This document shows, piece after piece, positions 11,631-23,214 of a stretch of DNA of 64,000 nt. The notes under the pieces were generated by a model, which saw nothing but the letters and a program-made list of their open reading frames with translations, made no database searches and was not told the origin of the DNA. The stretch is from Lingula anatina. Its lineage: Eukaryota > Animalia > Brachiopoda. The first letter of the stretch is position 1. Each line of letters starts with the position of its first letter. The position numbers and the translations under genes were made by a program. Location: the NCBI GenBank assembly GCA_051362555.1, contig CM120644.1:19056534-19120533 (forward strand), in the 5' to 3' direction.

Positions 11631-13744
11631 CAGGGTTGGAAACTCCTCCTAAAATTCAACCAGACAGCAGGACAGGTTACTCTTGAAAGTTACCTGTCCT
11701 ACCATAAACCAACCTGTCCTCATAAAATCAAGAGAATTATGATAATAATGTGCATGTATGACTAAATTTAATAATTCAAGACATTTTTGAATGTTGTTTT
11801 CTTTCAAACTTCATAAATAAAACTCATAATACCAGTGCTGTCTTGATACCAAAGAATCAAATTTATTTTTATATTCAGTTATGGTCTGTCCCCCCACCCA
11901 TACATCATGGATTGCAAAAAAAAAAAAAAATAATAATAATAATAATAATAATGATAAAATAAATAAATAAAATAAAATAATAAATATATATATGCACCAT
12001 GCCAAATATCTATTAATACAAAATTATAGCAAAACCATTTGACAGAAACAAAATGCACCACAGTCAATACAGTCAGTACTGAAGAACAAGTATTTTAATT
12101 TAACTGAAGTATCTACATCACTGCAAATTTTCATGAAAGGAGCATTAAAATTCAAAACTGAACTATCAAATCATTGGCATGGTAAGCAGTAGCAGCTTGC
12201 AAGTAAAACAGTATCAGTTTGGTGAATAAAATTGATGAATGTCAACTGCAAGTCACAGTGCCTGTCCTGATATATGAAAACCTCACTTGACCAAAGATCA
12301 AGTCATTCTGTTTGAATCTTCAAAATGTTAATTGAAAAAAAAAAACTGCATTTACTCATGAGATTTTTGCTAAATGAATTCCTTTAATCACCTCCACCAG
12401 ATTCACTGTAGTCATTATCATCCCTCTCTTCCATATCTGAAAATCCGACTCGTAGCCCGAGTCAATAGATTTTGATGGTTGCTCACTTGGCACCTGAACG
12501 CTGGTGCCCTCCCTTTTACCCTGCTCCACATCAACAATAATCTCCTCAAAGTGGTCAACAGCAGATTTGGGCTTGCATCTTTCCATGAAAGTTGGCCTTC
12601 TTGCCCCAGTGCTCCACTGAGTTATTGCTGGTTTGGGGACAAGTTCTTGAATTGTGCTTGAATGTAGCTGGATTGACATTAGCAGAATCATAGATTATGC
12701 TTTCAACTTGTTTTTATATCGATTCTTGATTATTTTCAACTGGGAAAACCCACGTTCACACTCTGCTGTATCAGCAAGTGTGAAAAAAAGCATACGTTTG
12801 GATTTCCTTCATCATAAGGCATTTTAACTAGTACTATACAAAAAATTTTTTCAGTATTTAATAAAAATCTTTCTCCAATAAATTTACTGCATATTTTACC
12901 TGACTTAAATGGGTTACAAATGCGTGGTGACATTAGTAATATGATAAAGAAGACAATGTGGCAAACTAATGTAGCGTACATTTGAAATTTCTACGTCTTT
13001 AGAAGCACCGACATGCAACGAAAGTTTCTTGGTCTTCCTGAAAAAAATCATGAAAAGCGACCAGCGACGGAGGTCCGTAAAGACTACGACCAAAATAAGA
13101 GGCAGCGGACGTTTGTTCCAAGTTGGAAAGCAGAGTTTAGTTGGCTGATATGTAACGAAAACCGTCAAATTTTATATCCGTTTATACCCGTTTATGGCCC
13201 GCTTTTGTCAAGGAAGAAATTTAACCGGTATAAAAATGGACCCTTCGTTAAAGGATGCAAAAATTTAAGGCATCGTGAATTTACGCTACATTAGCTCACC
13301 ATATTGTCTTCTTTATCATATTACCGATGTTACCTTGCATTTGATTGGCTTATTGCAGCGAATCTTCCCGCGACAAAAGTCGAGAGTAAGTCATTTAATG
13401 ACATATCACTGACCTATATTCCTATATTTGGAATGTTCACGTGACTTATTGGTTTATCGCAGTGAAATTTTCCCGCGGTAAAAGTCGGAAGTACTCGATG
13501 TAATGACGTATCATTGACCTATTTTCCTATATTCAGAATGCTCATGTGATTTATATTGTAAACACTTATATATAAGTAAATGTGTGAATCTCAAAATCAA
13601 GAAAGACGCGATGTTTCACGCTCAGATCTACTGACGACTTCAAAGTGCGGCCCGACCACAGGACGGTCTCCAAATTAATTTTACCCGTCCTCCATGAAAT
13701 TAGACCGTCAAGGACGTTGGGACGGGCGGTTATTTCCAACTCTG
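11631..13744 (-). mobile_element. Internally deleted and rearranged hAT transposon (ZNF862-like transposase)
   Basis: Terminal inverted repeats CAGGGTTGGAAA / TTTCCAACTCTG flanked by direct TCTAAGG. Minus strand ~12780-12590 reads TAECERGFSQLKIIKN...LLMSIQL...KPAITQW (hAT dimerisation domain). Plus strand 13013-13294 reads KRQRTFVPSWKAEFSWL...FVKGCKN (TTF zinc-finger-like N-terminus). Confidence 0.85.
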
Positions 13745-14599
13745 TCTAAGGCCTGCACAAAATCCACAATCTGCAGTGCTTTAACTGATATGGTGTTGAA
13801 TAAATAGTTTGTGGGGTTTAAATCTACTCTCTCACCTTAATAGTTTCTGCTTTGAATGTGATAATACTTTTTTTTTTAAATTCAGTAGCAAATAAATATA
13901 CAATATACAGTTTTTGGCTTATGAATCGCACACAAACACACACACACACACACATACAGTACATACATTTACATACTTGGACTCTCTTTTTGTCTCAGTA
14001 AAAAAAGGTTTTACAGTTACAGTATTGCATAAACGGGCAGAAAGTAGAGATTGACAATTCATGTTGTTAACCTTACAATTGAATTCTAAGAGGTATATCA
14101 TTAGCTTGTTGATTGTCAATTAAGTTGTAATATGCAATCAATATTTTCCCATTTTCTTTTAACATGTTGTTTTTTGTCGGTATGCATATATAAAGAACAT
14201 AATAAACAAATATTTCTGTAATAATTAACATATTGTCTAGTTCCTTCCCATGTTGGTATTTCTGTTTTCGTTCTACATAAACTAATATATTTCTTAATTA
14301 TTAAGATAAGTAGATAAAAACCTTTTATATCATATGCTTGCACAAGCCTGAGTATAAAAATCTCTGGAGATCTCTCAATTACAATACCTAAATTATCTTT
14401 TACAGAACAAATGACACACGTCCATACATTCTGTTCATGAGGAATGTGATAGTACTTAACAAACTACAACCAAAAATGTCCCTCAAGTTGTCAATTTGTG
14501 TTGGAGACAACACTGAAATTTGTCTTCTCTTAACTGTCAGTTCTTCAACAGTAATGAGGATAATGTTATTTCTTTTTACAAAACACTTGGTCCTTTTGG

Positions 14600-15250
14600 A
14601 TGTCCTCTTGTAGGTCTTTGACATGTTTTGCATCTTGGAACAGCCTTTGCGGGTTGGTGAAATTCACCAAATCTGTACAAATCTACACATATTTTAAATG
14701 TGTCCATTTCTTTGAGCTTTTGTGTGTATGATTAAAAAGTATCTGGTTGGTAACAGTCTGACCGTCATTGAAATATGACAAGATCAGATACAAACCAAGT
14801 GTCACCTACAACATTGGGGGATTGGTACTGGTCTTTAGTCTGGCAAGCAATGTCTCATAACTGTTTGGTATGGTCCAGCCAGGGATGGCTATGAAGAGGG
14901 AGAGGCATGGATAAAAGTGCACTCAGTCTTTTAGGAGCATGACAACCTTTTCCAACCGCACGCATGCCCAAAACGCTAGCCCTTTTTATTTTAAAAAATA
15001 TCCAGTTCTTCTAGAGGTCAATGATGTCCACCCTTCCTCAGACACGCTGCCGCAGAACACACATGCCCATTTCATTTCACTTGACCATCCCACTGGCACC
15101 TTGTTGATATCTCTGTCAGCCGTACCTCACCCCCAAGCTCAGGTGGCACTGACACTTTGTTGCAACTGGCTGCAGTGCCAAATACTGTATCCAGCACAAA
15201 AAAAAAACAGACTTCTTCATGACGGAAACTAGTGGTTGACTGGACTGTTT
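14600..15250 (-). mobile_element. Degenerate DNA-transposase fragment (Mutator-like domain resemblance)
   Basis: KRASVLGMRAVGKGCHAPKRLSALLSMPLPL at ~14985-14890 and a downstream RCKTCQRPTRGH zinc-knuckle-like motif. Many stops. Confidence 0.45.
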
Positions 15251-17482
15251 TATTTTTTTCCAGCACCTTTCTGTATGACATGGTGGCTTCTAGGCAGCAG
15301 CTGGTTACATGGACATGGCTTTTAATAATAAGGAGCAGACAGTTAAAGACAACCTAGAACATCCTTAGCCTTCATCTCATCCAGATATACAACACATAAG
15401 ATGTGGCAAATTGTAAGACAAGTGGGATTGAAACAGCCAGAGATGGGAAGGCAATATGGTAAGCAGTATTACTACAGTAATATGTCTAACAATTTGTAAG
15501 GTTACTCAATTAGAACCAATAAATTATATTCTAAAACATTTGTTTCTTGACTCCAATATTTGAAACAAATGATAATCTCCTGCACATGTTACTGTAATAT
15601 TTTTTTTTTTATTTTGACAGTATTGCCTGCAAGACATTATACACATGAAGTATGTGATACTGTTTTCAAGCTGGAGAATTGATTATATTTTCTACATGTC
15701 AGCTCTTTGTTTGTTGTTATGCTTTCAGTGGGAAGGATGAATTTCTTAAGAGAGATTGATTGGTACATTGTCTTTTTTCCTTATATGCTTATGTAATAAA
15801 TAAAAAAAAATTGTCATGTTATGATTTAAAACTATTGCATCAAATATAACTTGGTGCCTCTGGCATGATTGTTAACCTGCTTGTTGAAAGAAGATAAACT
15901 TTGTATTTGTATTAGGTACATCTTCATTTTAAGCTGGAAATCTCTGTAAAGTTCCATCCTAATGAAAAATACTATAAACAGCTGTGACAAGGGGTTGTGG
16001 ATCAAAATAAGAAAAATGATATGTCTACCCTTAACTTATTTTCAGTATTTCATATGTTTATTTCATATATTTATTTCAAAATATGTACAGAGTAAAATGA
16101 AATGAATTAAAATTAAATGTACATTTGTGTAAAATCAATCATGTTACTGTGATATAATACTAGCATCTTTCATAAATATACAAACATTAGCTATTACTAT
16201 ACTAGATCTACACTGAAATCCTTTTGTACATGGAGCGCAAACTTTATTTTTCGCTTGCAATTGGCTACTTGGCTGAAATTTGTGTTTAGAAAAATAGGTG
16301 TATGTTATAAAATAGTATTTGTGTTTTGTTTTTTTTATTTTTCCAGGACTTTGGCCTACTTTAAGGAGCTCCATGCCCAACATGGTTTGATTGTCTTTTA
16401 AGCAGAGGAGAAAGTTACATATGGAGATTTCTTGAGATTTCCAAGAGAGGCTACAGGTAATAATTAGTTTTTTATTTCGAAAAAAAAACCTTGTTTCATT
16501 ATAATTTAAAAATCTTTTGTTTCAAATTGTCAGTAAATAATTGATTAGAGTTGTTTGTGTGGAACATTAACAGTGTCTTGGTTTCCCTCTAAGGACCCAT
16601 TTCAAAATGAAACTACTGTTCTACAGGAATAGATCCAATTCTGTAGGGACTCTCGCTGAATGCAATCAGATAAACGCCTCCTCCTGGCATTAATTAAAAT
16701 TTAAAAAAAGCTGGTGATTACATATATAAGGATGTGGAAACATTATTCTAGTGTTTTAATATGATTGCAGAGTCCCTGTGGAGTTGGATCAAGCTACATA
16801 GAATGATAGTTCTAGTGGGAATGTGCTCTAAATCATAATAGTGGGTAAGTCTACTAAAGTTTGCATTTGGTTTTGGGAAAATTACCAACTGCTGCTTCTT
16901 TATTGTAGAAATGTTTGTAGAGGTTTGACTATTGTAATTAAGAGCTACTTTTTTTGAGAACAAATTTTTTATGTATTACATTCATATTTATGCTGACAAG
17001 TATTCTAATGGGGCCGTACAATATCTCTTTTCAGCTGGCAGAAGAAAGGGATAAGAGTTATCAAATGTTTTGAATTTCATCACTGGACTGATGGACATTC
17101 AGTTTCTAGGATTTCAACACCAACCAAAAGCTGCATTCTCTTTTACTGCGGACTCTTTTTCACATGCGCACAGAAACTACTGGTATTGTGTGCACATGCA
17201 TTGAACTTATGATTGCCCTTGAAAGAAACATCACAAGAACAACTATTTGATTTGTGGGACTTAGCTTTTCTGTCATCACACATATGTTATAGAAATGTCA
17301 CACACTGAGTGTGTTGTTAGTGTAGTTTATCTGTTAGAAATGGATTGAGATTATAATCATGTTTTTATTCACTGAGATGAACCTTCAGTTGTTGTGTGTG
17401 TGAGAGAGAGAGAAAGAGAGAGAGAGTGGTAAATTAAGAAATTTCAAATGGAAACAGTGAAGGTTTTGAAAGCCAGCTTGGC

Positions 17483-17522
<40 letters not shown>

Positions 17523-20299
17523 TGTGCATGATTTCAGTCTGTAAACACTGACAAGTTGAGAAGTTTTTGTTAGATATTTTTTGAAATATGCCTGATTATA
17601 TACCGAGGTACATAAACAGTATCTTTTAAAAGAACTTATAATACTCAGTAAAAAGAAAAAATATAGCAAAAATTATGTATGAGATTTAGTTTTTCACTAT
17701 GTTCACCTGGATGATATTAGTAGAATGAGACTGTTCTTAATACCGCATTGCATTGACAACAGGCAATCTAAGGGTGTCTTAAGTGTGTTCCATATTTGAT
17801 CTGCAGCTAAGTTCTGAAAATGGAACTAAGGTCCTCTTCCATTATTCCATGCACCATTATTCAGGCGAAATGCCTGCTTTGAATTCAAAGATCTGAGTTT
17901 GTATATGATGTGAAGTGAAAATTTAAATACCAAATAAATATTCTAGATTGTTCAATGATGTGTTATTTGTTCCTTTTATGGATTACATTTTTATTATAAA
18001 TAAAAACATTTTATTCAGAAAACTCACTCATGTCTAATGAAATGCAGATAAAGAAATGATTGCTTTCAGAAAAATTGATAAGTTGGTAGTATTTGTTTGT
18101 TTGAAAAATAACATTTAAAAGCATATATGCATCTGATTTAAGGTTGCCTCTAAGTTTTGTTTAAGCACATAAGTGAGCTTTTTTTAATCTTATGATTAAA
18201 AGTCAATCCTTACAGTTTTTGTTTTTCATTCTGTCCCTTTTCTTATATTCAGAGTAAAATATTAAATACATGTATAAATGCCTCAAATCGATAATTTAAT
18301 TAAGAGCCGCACATCTTTCCCGGGATGGGGGAGGGGGGTGTCTTAGGGGGAATCGTCCAAAACAGTCGGTATAAACCAAACTATATTATGTTTTACTTTG
18401 AATTAACTGAGTGTCCCTGTTGGGTAAAAAGTAAGATTCATTTCAAAATTGAATTCTTTTGTCAATATTGTTCCAATGTTGTTTTATTCAGAGTTGTTTA
18501 TAAAGTTACATAAAATCACAAAATGGACATACTCCTTGCCTTTAATAACAAAAATCTTCTTTAAACGAGGCTTCCGTACGAACAGAGGGTGGGCTATAAC
18601 ATACTGTAAATTACACGTACTTGTTTTGGTGAGAGGTGTTCAGTTTGGACCAAGGTCAATGAAAGAAGCTTATGCCACAGTGCTGCTATTTCCACAATCA
18701 GTCCTCATATTTAACGCTGACAACGGCAGCATTCTGTTGTAAGTACAGTGCAGACGAAGTTTTATAGCTCATTACCATTGAAAATATCGGTCTACACGCT
18801 TCCTCTTGTTCCAACGTATAATCACCAATCTTCTATATTCTTTCCAGCCCCAGGAGGAGGCGCGTTAATCTGTCCATATTAGTTTATCTGTAATTCCATA
18901 GTCTATTAAATTTATGGCATTCAAAGAAAGTTACATCGATATACGTAGACCAATATTTACAATGGCAATGAGCCCATAATTTCATTGGCCATGGGGACAT
19001 TATTAGTTTCCGAACAATACCGTCTCTTAAAAGTCAACAATTCTGAGTTTAGTTTGTAATCAGTAATTTTTACAGAGGAAAAGTATCTGCAAAATATAAA
19101 GCAAGAGCCCCAAGGATCAACCGAAGGATCCAAGTTTTAAATATAAATAAATCTGCGTTAGATTCACCGTGTCATTGCAAAGTCTCGCTCGGTACTCCAA
19201 GCACTATCGGTATCGGCTTTATCAAACGTTTTCCGGGTCAGTTCGAAAATTCAGAAAATGAAAAATTTACAATATAGTTTTTCGATATATTTTTAAGTCA
19301 GTTGTTGTATTAACAAAGGTCGTGAAACCACATACTGCTTTCCTGTTATTTTAAGAATAAAAAATTTATCTAATCTACGTGAAACCGACAGAAACAATAG
19401 ATAATCTGAGGCTCGTGCTAGGAAACGCCTAATCCGTTTATGAGGCCTGGATAAATAGGTTGCATATCTAAAAGAGGAAGGGAAAACTGGGATTTGAATG
19501 ATTATTTTTATTGCTTGTCATAGCTGTTTATCTTAAATATTTCATTAAAGATACATACAAAGTCAATTTTTTGTCACAAAAACCAACCAAATGCCAGCAT
19601 ATAGTTTCAAGTAGTATAACTAAGAGAATTACCAAAAGGCATTGTTTAATTTTACCCGAAAGTGATGTTTGAACAGATTTTTCTGCTGGCATTCTAAGCT
19701 GTATGTCAATGGGTCAGGAAAGTAGGTCACGGAAGTAGGTTAAATTTACAACCATAAATTTAAAGAAAGGAGCAGTCTAAAGGTATTTTATGGCTGATCG
19801 AGTGATCTATTCAGTTTATCCCTTGGCATGTCAAATTTATTTGAGTCATATGAGAACCTAGTAGAAGTGGTTTACATGTGTTACTGGGAATCCACGCTCC
19901 ACCGATGCTCGGTTCGTATGTACCTTTAAGTGAAATCGACACGTGGTTCCGAGTAAAGACATACATCCGAATAAATTTGCAGTAGAGTAAACAGTTTGTT
20001 TCAAAGAGTCAGCTACTTCAAATTAAAACCTGAAACTTGAGTGAAGTACTGAAGCAGCTGGTGGTTTACTGCAGTCTCCTAGCCATTGTCAACAATATTG
20101 CGGAGGCTGCTGTTTGCAGTCAGAGGACCCATCTCAAGCTGTTCTTCAGCCAACACTTCCTGTCATGACGAAATGGTGAAGATGTTTAGGCAGAAAGACA
20201 AGTCTTAGTATCGCAAGTTTTTTGGAATGTTTGCGGAAAACATAGATCTAGCTTCTACCATAACAAACAGAGTTGCTGACTTTTGGTTATTTTGATTAA

Positions 20300-20636
20300 A
20301 GGGATAATAACTCTTCGTTTCGGCCAAAAAATGAATTTTCCTGGAGTAAACAACAATTTTCCCATACTTACCAATGGTTAATAAATCCATTTTCACATTC
20401 AAAGTTAGTCCCTGTTTTTTTTCTAAAAAGTTTGGTTTTTTGTTAAAATCTCTTAAGAGATTTTAACAGAGAATAGCCATAAATGGAGGTCACGTGGTCT
20501 AAAGACAAGCTCAGATATCAGAATAATAGCTATAACTGCCTTTTTTGTGGTAAAACAGAATATATTATATTTCTATGAGTTATTCACAATGTTTTTATTG
20601 TGAAATGTAGATTTCATACGAAGAGTTATTATCCCT
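20300..20636. mobile_element. Kolobok-type non-autonomous element / MITE
   Basis: TTAA|AGGGATAATAACTCTTCGT ... ACGAAGAGTTATTATCCCT|TTAA: perfect 19-bp inverted repeat with TTAA on both sides. Confidence 0.85.
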
Positions 20637-21101
20637 TTAATATTATTTACAATTTGAAATTAAATACAATATTAAATTGAACGAAGAGACGAGTAGAAAA
20701 ATCAGGAATTTTTCTTTCTTTATATTTACCTGAGCAATATGTAAAATTGGGGAGGTGACCATATGAGTTGGAAACTCATTCACGTAGTAGTCAGAGAGCC
20801 AACTAATTTCACATAAACGAAAGTAAAATTATAGTAGATAAATAATCAAATGAATAGATAAATAAATAAATGTAGTAGTGAATAACAGATTAATATGATA
20901 CAAAATAACTAAATGATTTTAAATAAAATTTCATGATATAGCAAAATAAGTTAAATAAAATTGTTAGGAGCTTTCACAGCCACCAAAATTGCAGGAAGAC
21001 AAAATATCGAGGATATTCGTACCAATGACTTAAAAGGCCAGTCATGCTGCTTATTTTTGGTCCACGTCGCTGAAATGATATAGATAAAAATAGTTCATTC
21101 A

Positions 21102-21285
21102 CAGGCCCGTAGCCAGCAATTTCAAAAGGGGGGTTCTTTTTATGAAAAAGTGGACCTTTTTCCATAAAAACTTCATGAACCTAGATCAAATTTTACCCAG
21201 AGTGGACCTTTTCCCACCAAAAGGGGCTGTTCTTTTGAACCCTCCGAACCCCCCCCCCCCCCACCCTCCCCTGGCTACGGGCCGG
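21102..21285. mobile_element. Small GC-ended MITE; related copy at ~44285-44442
   Basis: caggcccgtagccag ... ctggctacgggcc inverted ends. Internal tttcaaaagggggg and tggacctttt are shared with the 44.3 kb copy. Confidence 0.75.
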
Positions 21286-21982
21286 AATTACATCTGAATA
21301 GACAGTTCAATGTGAGCCACATTGAGGGGTAATGCAACTGACCACCGAAGAGCTTTACGAAGTAAAAAGTAATTCATCAAAAAATGCATTAAACAAAAAT
21401 ATGCTACAGTGGGTTGGAGCTATCCTGGAGATTTCATCGAAAAAAATTAAATGTACGCACAATCACATCTCATAATTTAGTGTCGCCTACGAGATTAATC
21501 TGTCAATCAGATCCCTGAAGACATACTCCGTGTCTGTGTAAATGATGGTGCCTTGGAGGATTTTTCTTCTGGTTTCTGCTCTAGAAGGCACCTCAATCCA
21601 AAGTAGGTGTGTAAATTAATTAGAAAAAAATTATCACAGACTGCTCTCGATCACTTCATACTATTCTTATATTAGAAAAATTCGATCGGCCTCTTTTTAA
21701 TTTTGCGTGAATTTAGTTCCAGAAGAAATCTTTTAAATCTATTCCTATATCTTGATTTCTCAAACAAATTACTTGATGTGTAACTGTATTTCATGCCTAA
21801 AAAGGCCAAATGCGACGCAACAATAATTGCTGATATATTTACTCAAAAGAAAAATCGCCGTATTAGCTTGCACGCAGCTTATTTCGAATAGCTTTTGCGT
21901 TACTTGGTAACACCCACACGGGTCAATGACGTCATAATACGTTTTGCCTTTTTCAGGAGATATGCTTCATAAATATCTATGA

Positions 21983-22186
21983 GAACCCATTCCCATAGAT
22001 TTAGATCGATCCATCTAGATTGACCTAACACCCCGGGGGTTCACGCTAAATTGAGCGTGCACGGTAGTTAATTACCCCTTACAGCTTTTAGTAGGCGGGA
22101 CAGACATTTAAGCCGGTTAAGCTGACAGTAATCTAGTGAGACTCCCCACAGGGATAGATCGATCTAAAATCTGTTGGAATGGGGTC
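21983..22186. mobile_element. MITE with 5-bp target-site duplication; diverged relative at ~41125-41397
   Basis: TATGA|gaacccattcccatagatttagatcgatc ... gatcgatctaaaatctgttggaatggggtc|TATGA. Confidence 0.7.
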
Positions 22187-23214
22187 TATGAAACGTGTTC
22201 TGGTATGACCAAAACGAAAGCGGTAAACACTGATAATGGTTGATACGATAACCCAGCAGGACTGTGATGGAGAGCAAGGAACCGACCCAAATGAGTAAGT
22301 CCCCGCTAGTAGATCTGGAAAGGTCGCACATAAATCGTTATTGAATAAAGGATTCTGCTTAAAACATCTTTCGCCATTTTGAACTTGAATATTGATACAT
22401 CTGTAGTACCGGTAAAGTGAAAAAGTGCTACTGGTATATGATTTTTTTTTATTTTTGTTCTATTTACGAGAGTAATTACTATCAAGTGTGCATATACGAG
22501 ATATGCAGATGTAAGATTGGCTTAGCTCATTTTCTTTTATTCTACATTTGAATATCAACCGGTAAGCCATCCATCATCAATTTTGTGGAAGAAATCAAAC
22601 GGGGTAGCCATTTTCACACGACACTACATTATTTACAGTTGTAGAAAATAAAGCAAAGACAAAAATACCAGAATAATGATACAATAAATAAAACATAACT
22701 CAAAATATATTATAAACGACTTTACAACCGAGAGTTAAACGTGCCGATCTTCGCCCAAATCAACCGAGATAAACACAAATAACAACTGGGTGTATATTTT
22801 CACCTCGGCACGAAACTCGGATAACACTTCTTTTGAAAACGCAAAAAAAAAAAAAAAAAAAAAAAACACAGGATTATCATCTTAAATAACCAAACATGGT
22901 TTAGTGTTAAGCAAATAAAAGCAACGTTATGTGTCACATAAGCTCTTTGTTAAGTAGGAGACAAGCTCTAATAATCATTAACAGTGGGGAATGTCGTTTT
23001 TTACATGCATGAACGTCACTAGAATGTGTTTATTTGAGATAAGACCGTTAGTATCCGGGTGCCGCTAACCCTCTATAACGAAAATTATAGACGCTGCTAT
23101 TTAACAAGCTAACGTTGCTTGGGGCCTCAGATAGATTTCTGCAACATCAAGGAACTACTACTTTGGTAACGTGCTCCCAAACACTGGTTTTTCTCGGTTC
23201 GCGACAGCAGAAAA

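Noticed and set aside
15400-18010. Exon-like segments (16348-16456, from 17034) and AATAAA signals
   Set aside because: Splice-like sites are present but no coherent reading frame; cannot be supported without transcripts.
18620-18880. Possible degenerate coding fragment on the minus strand
   Set aside because: Multiple stops and no convincing motif.
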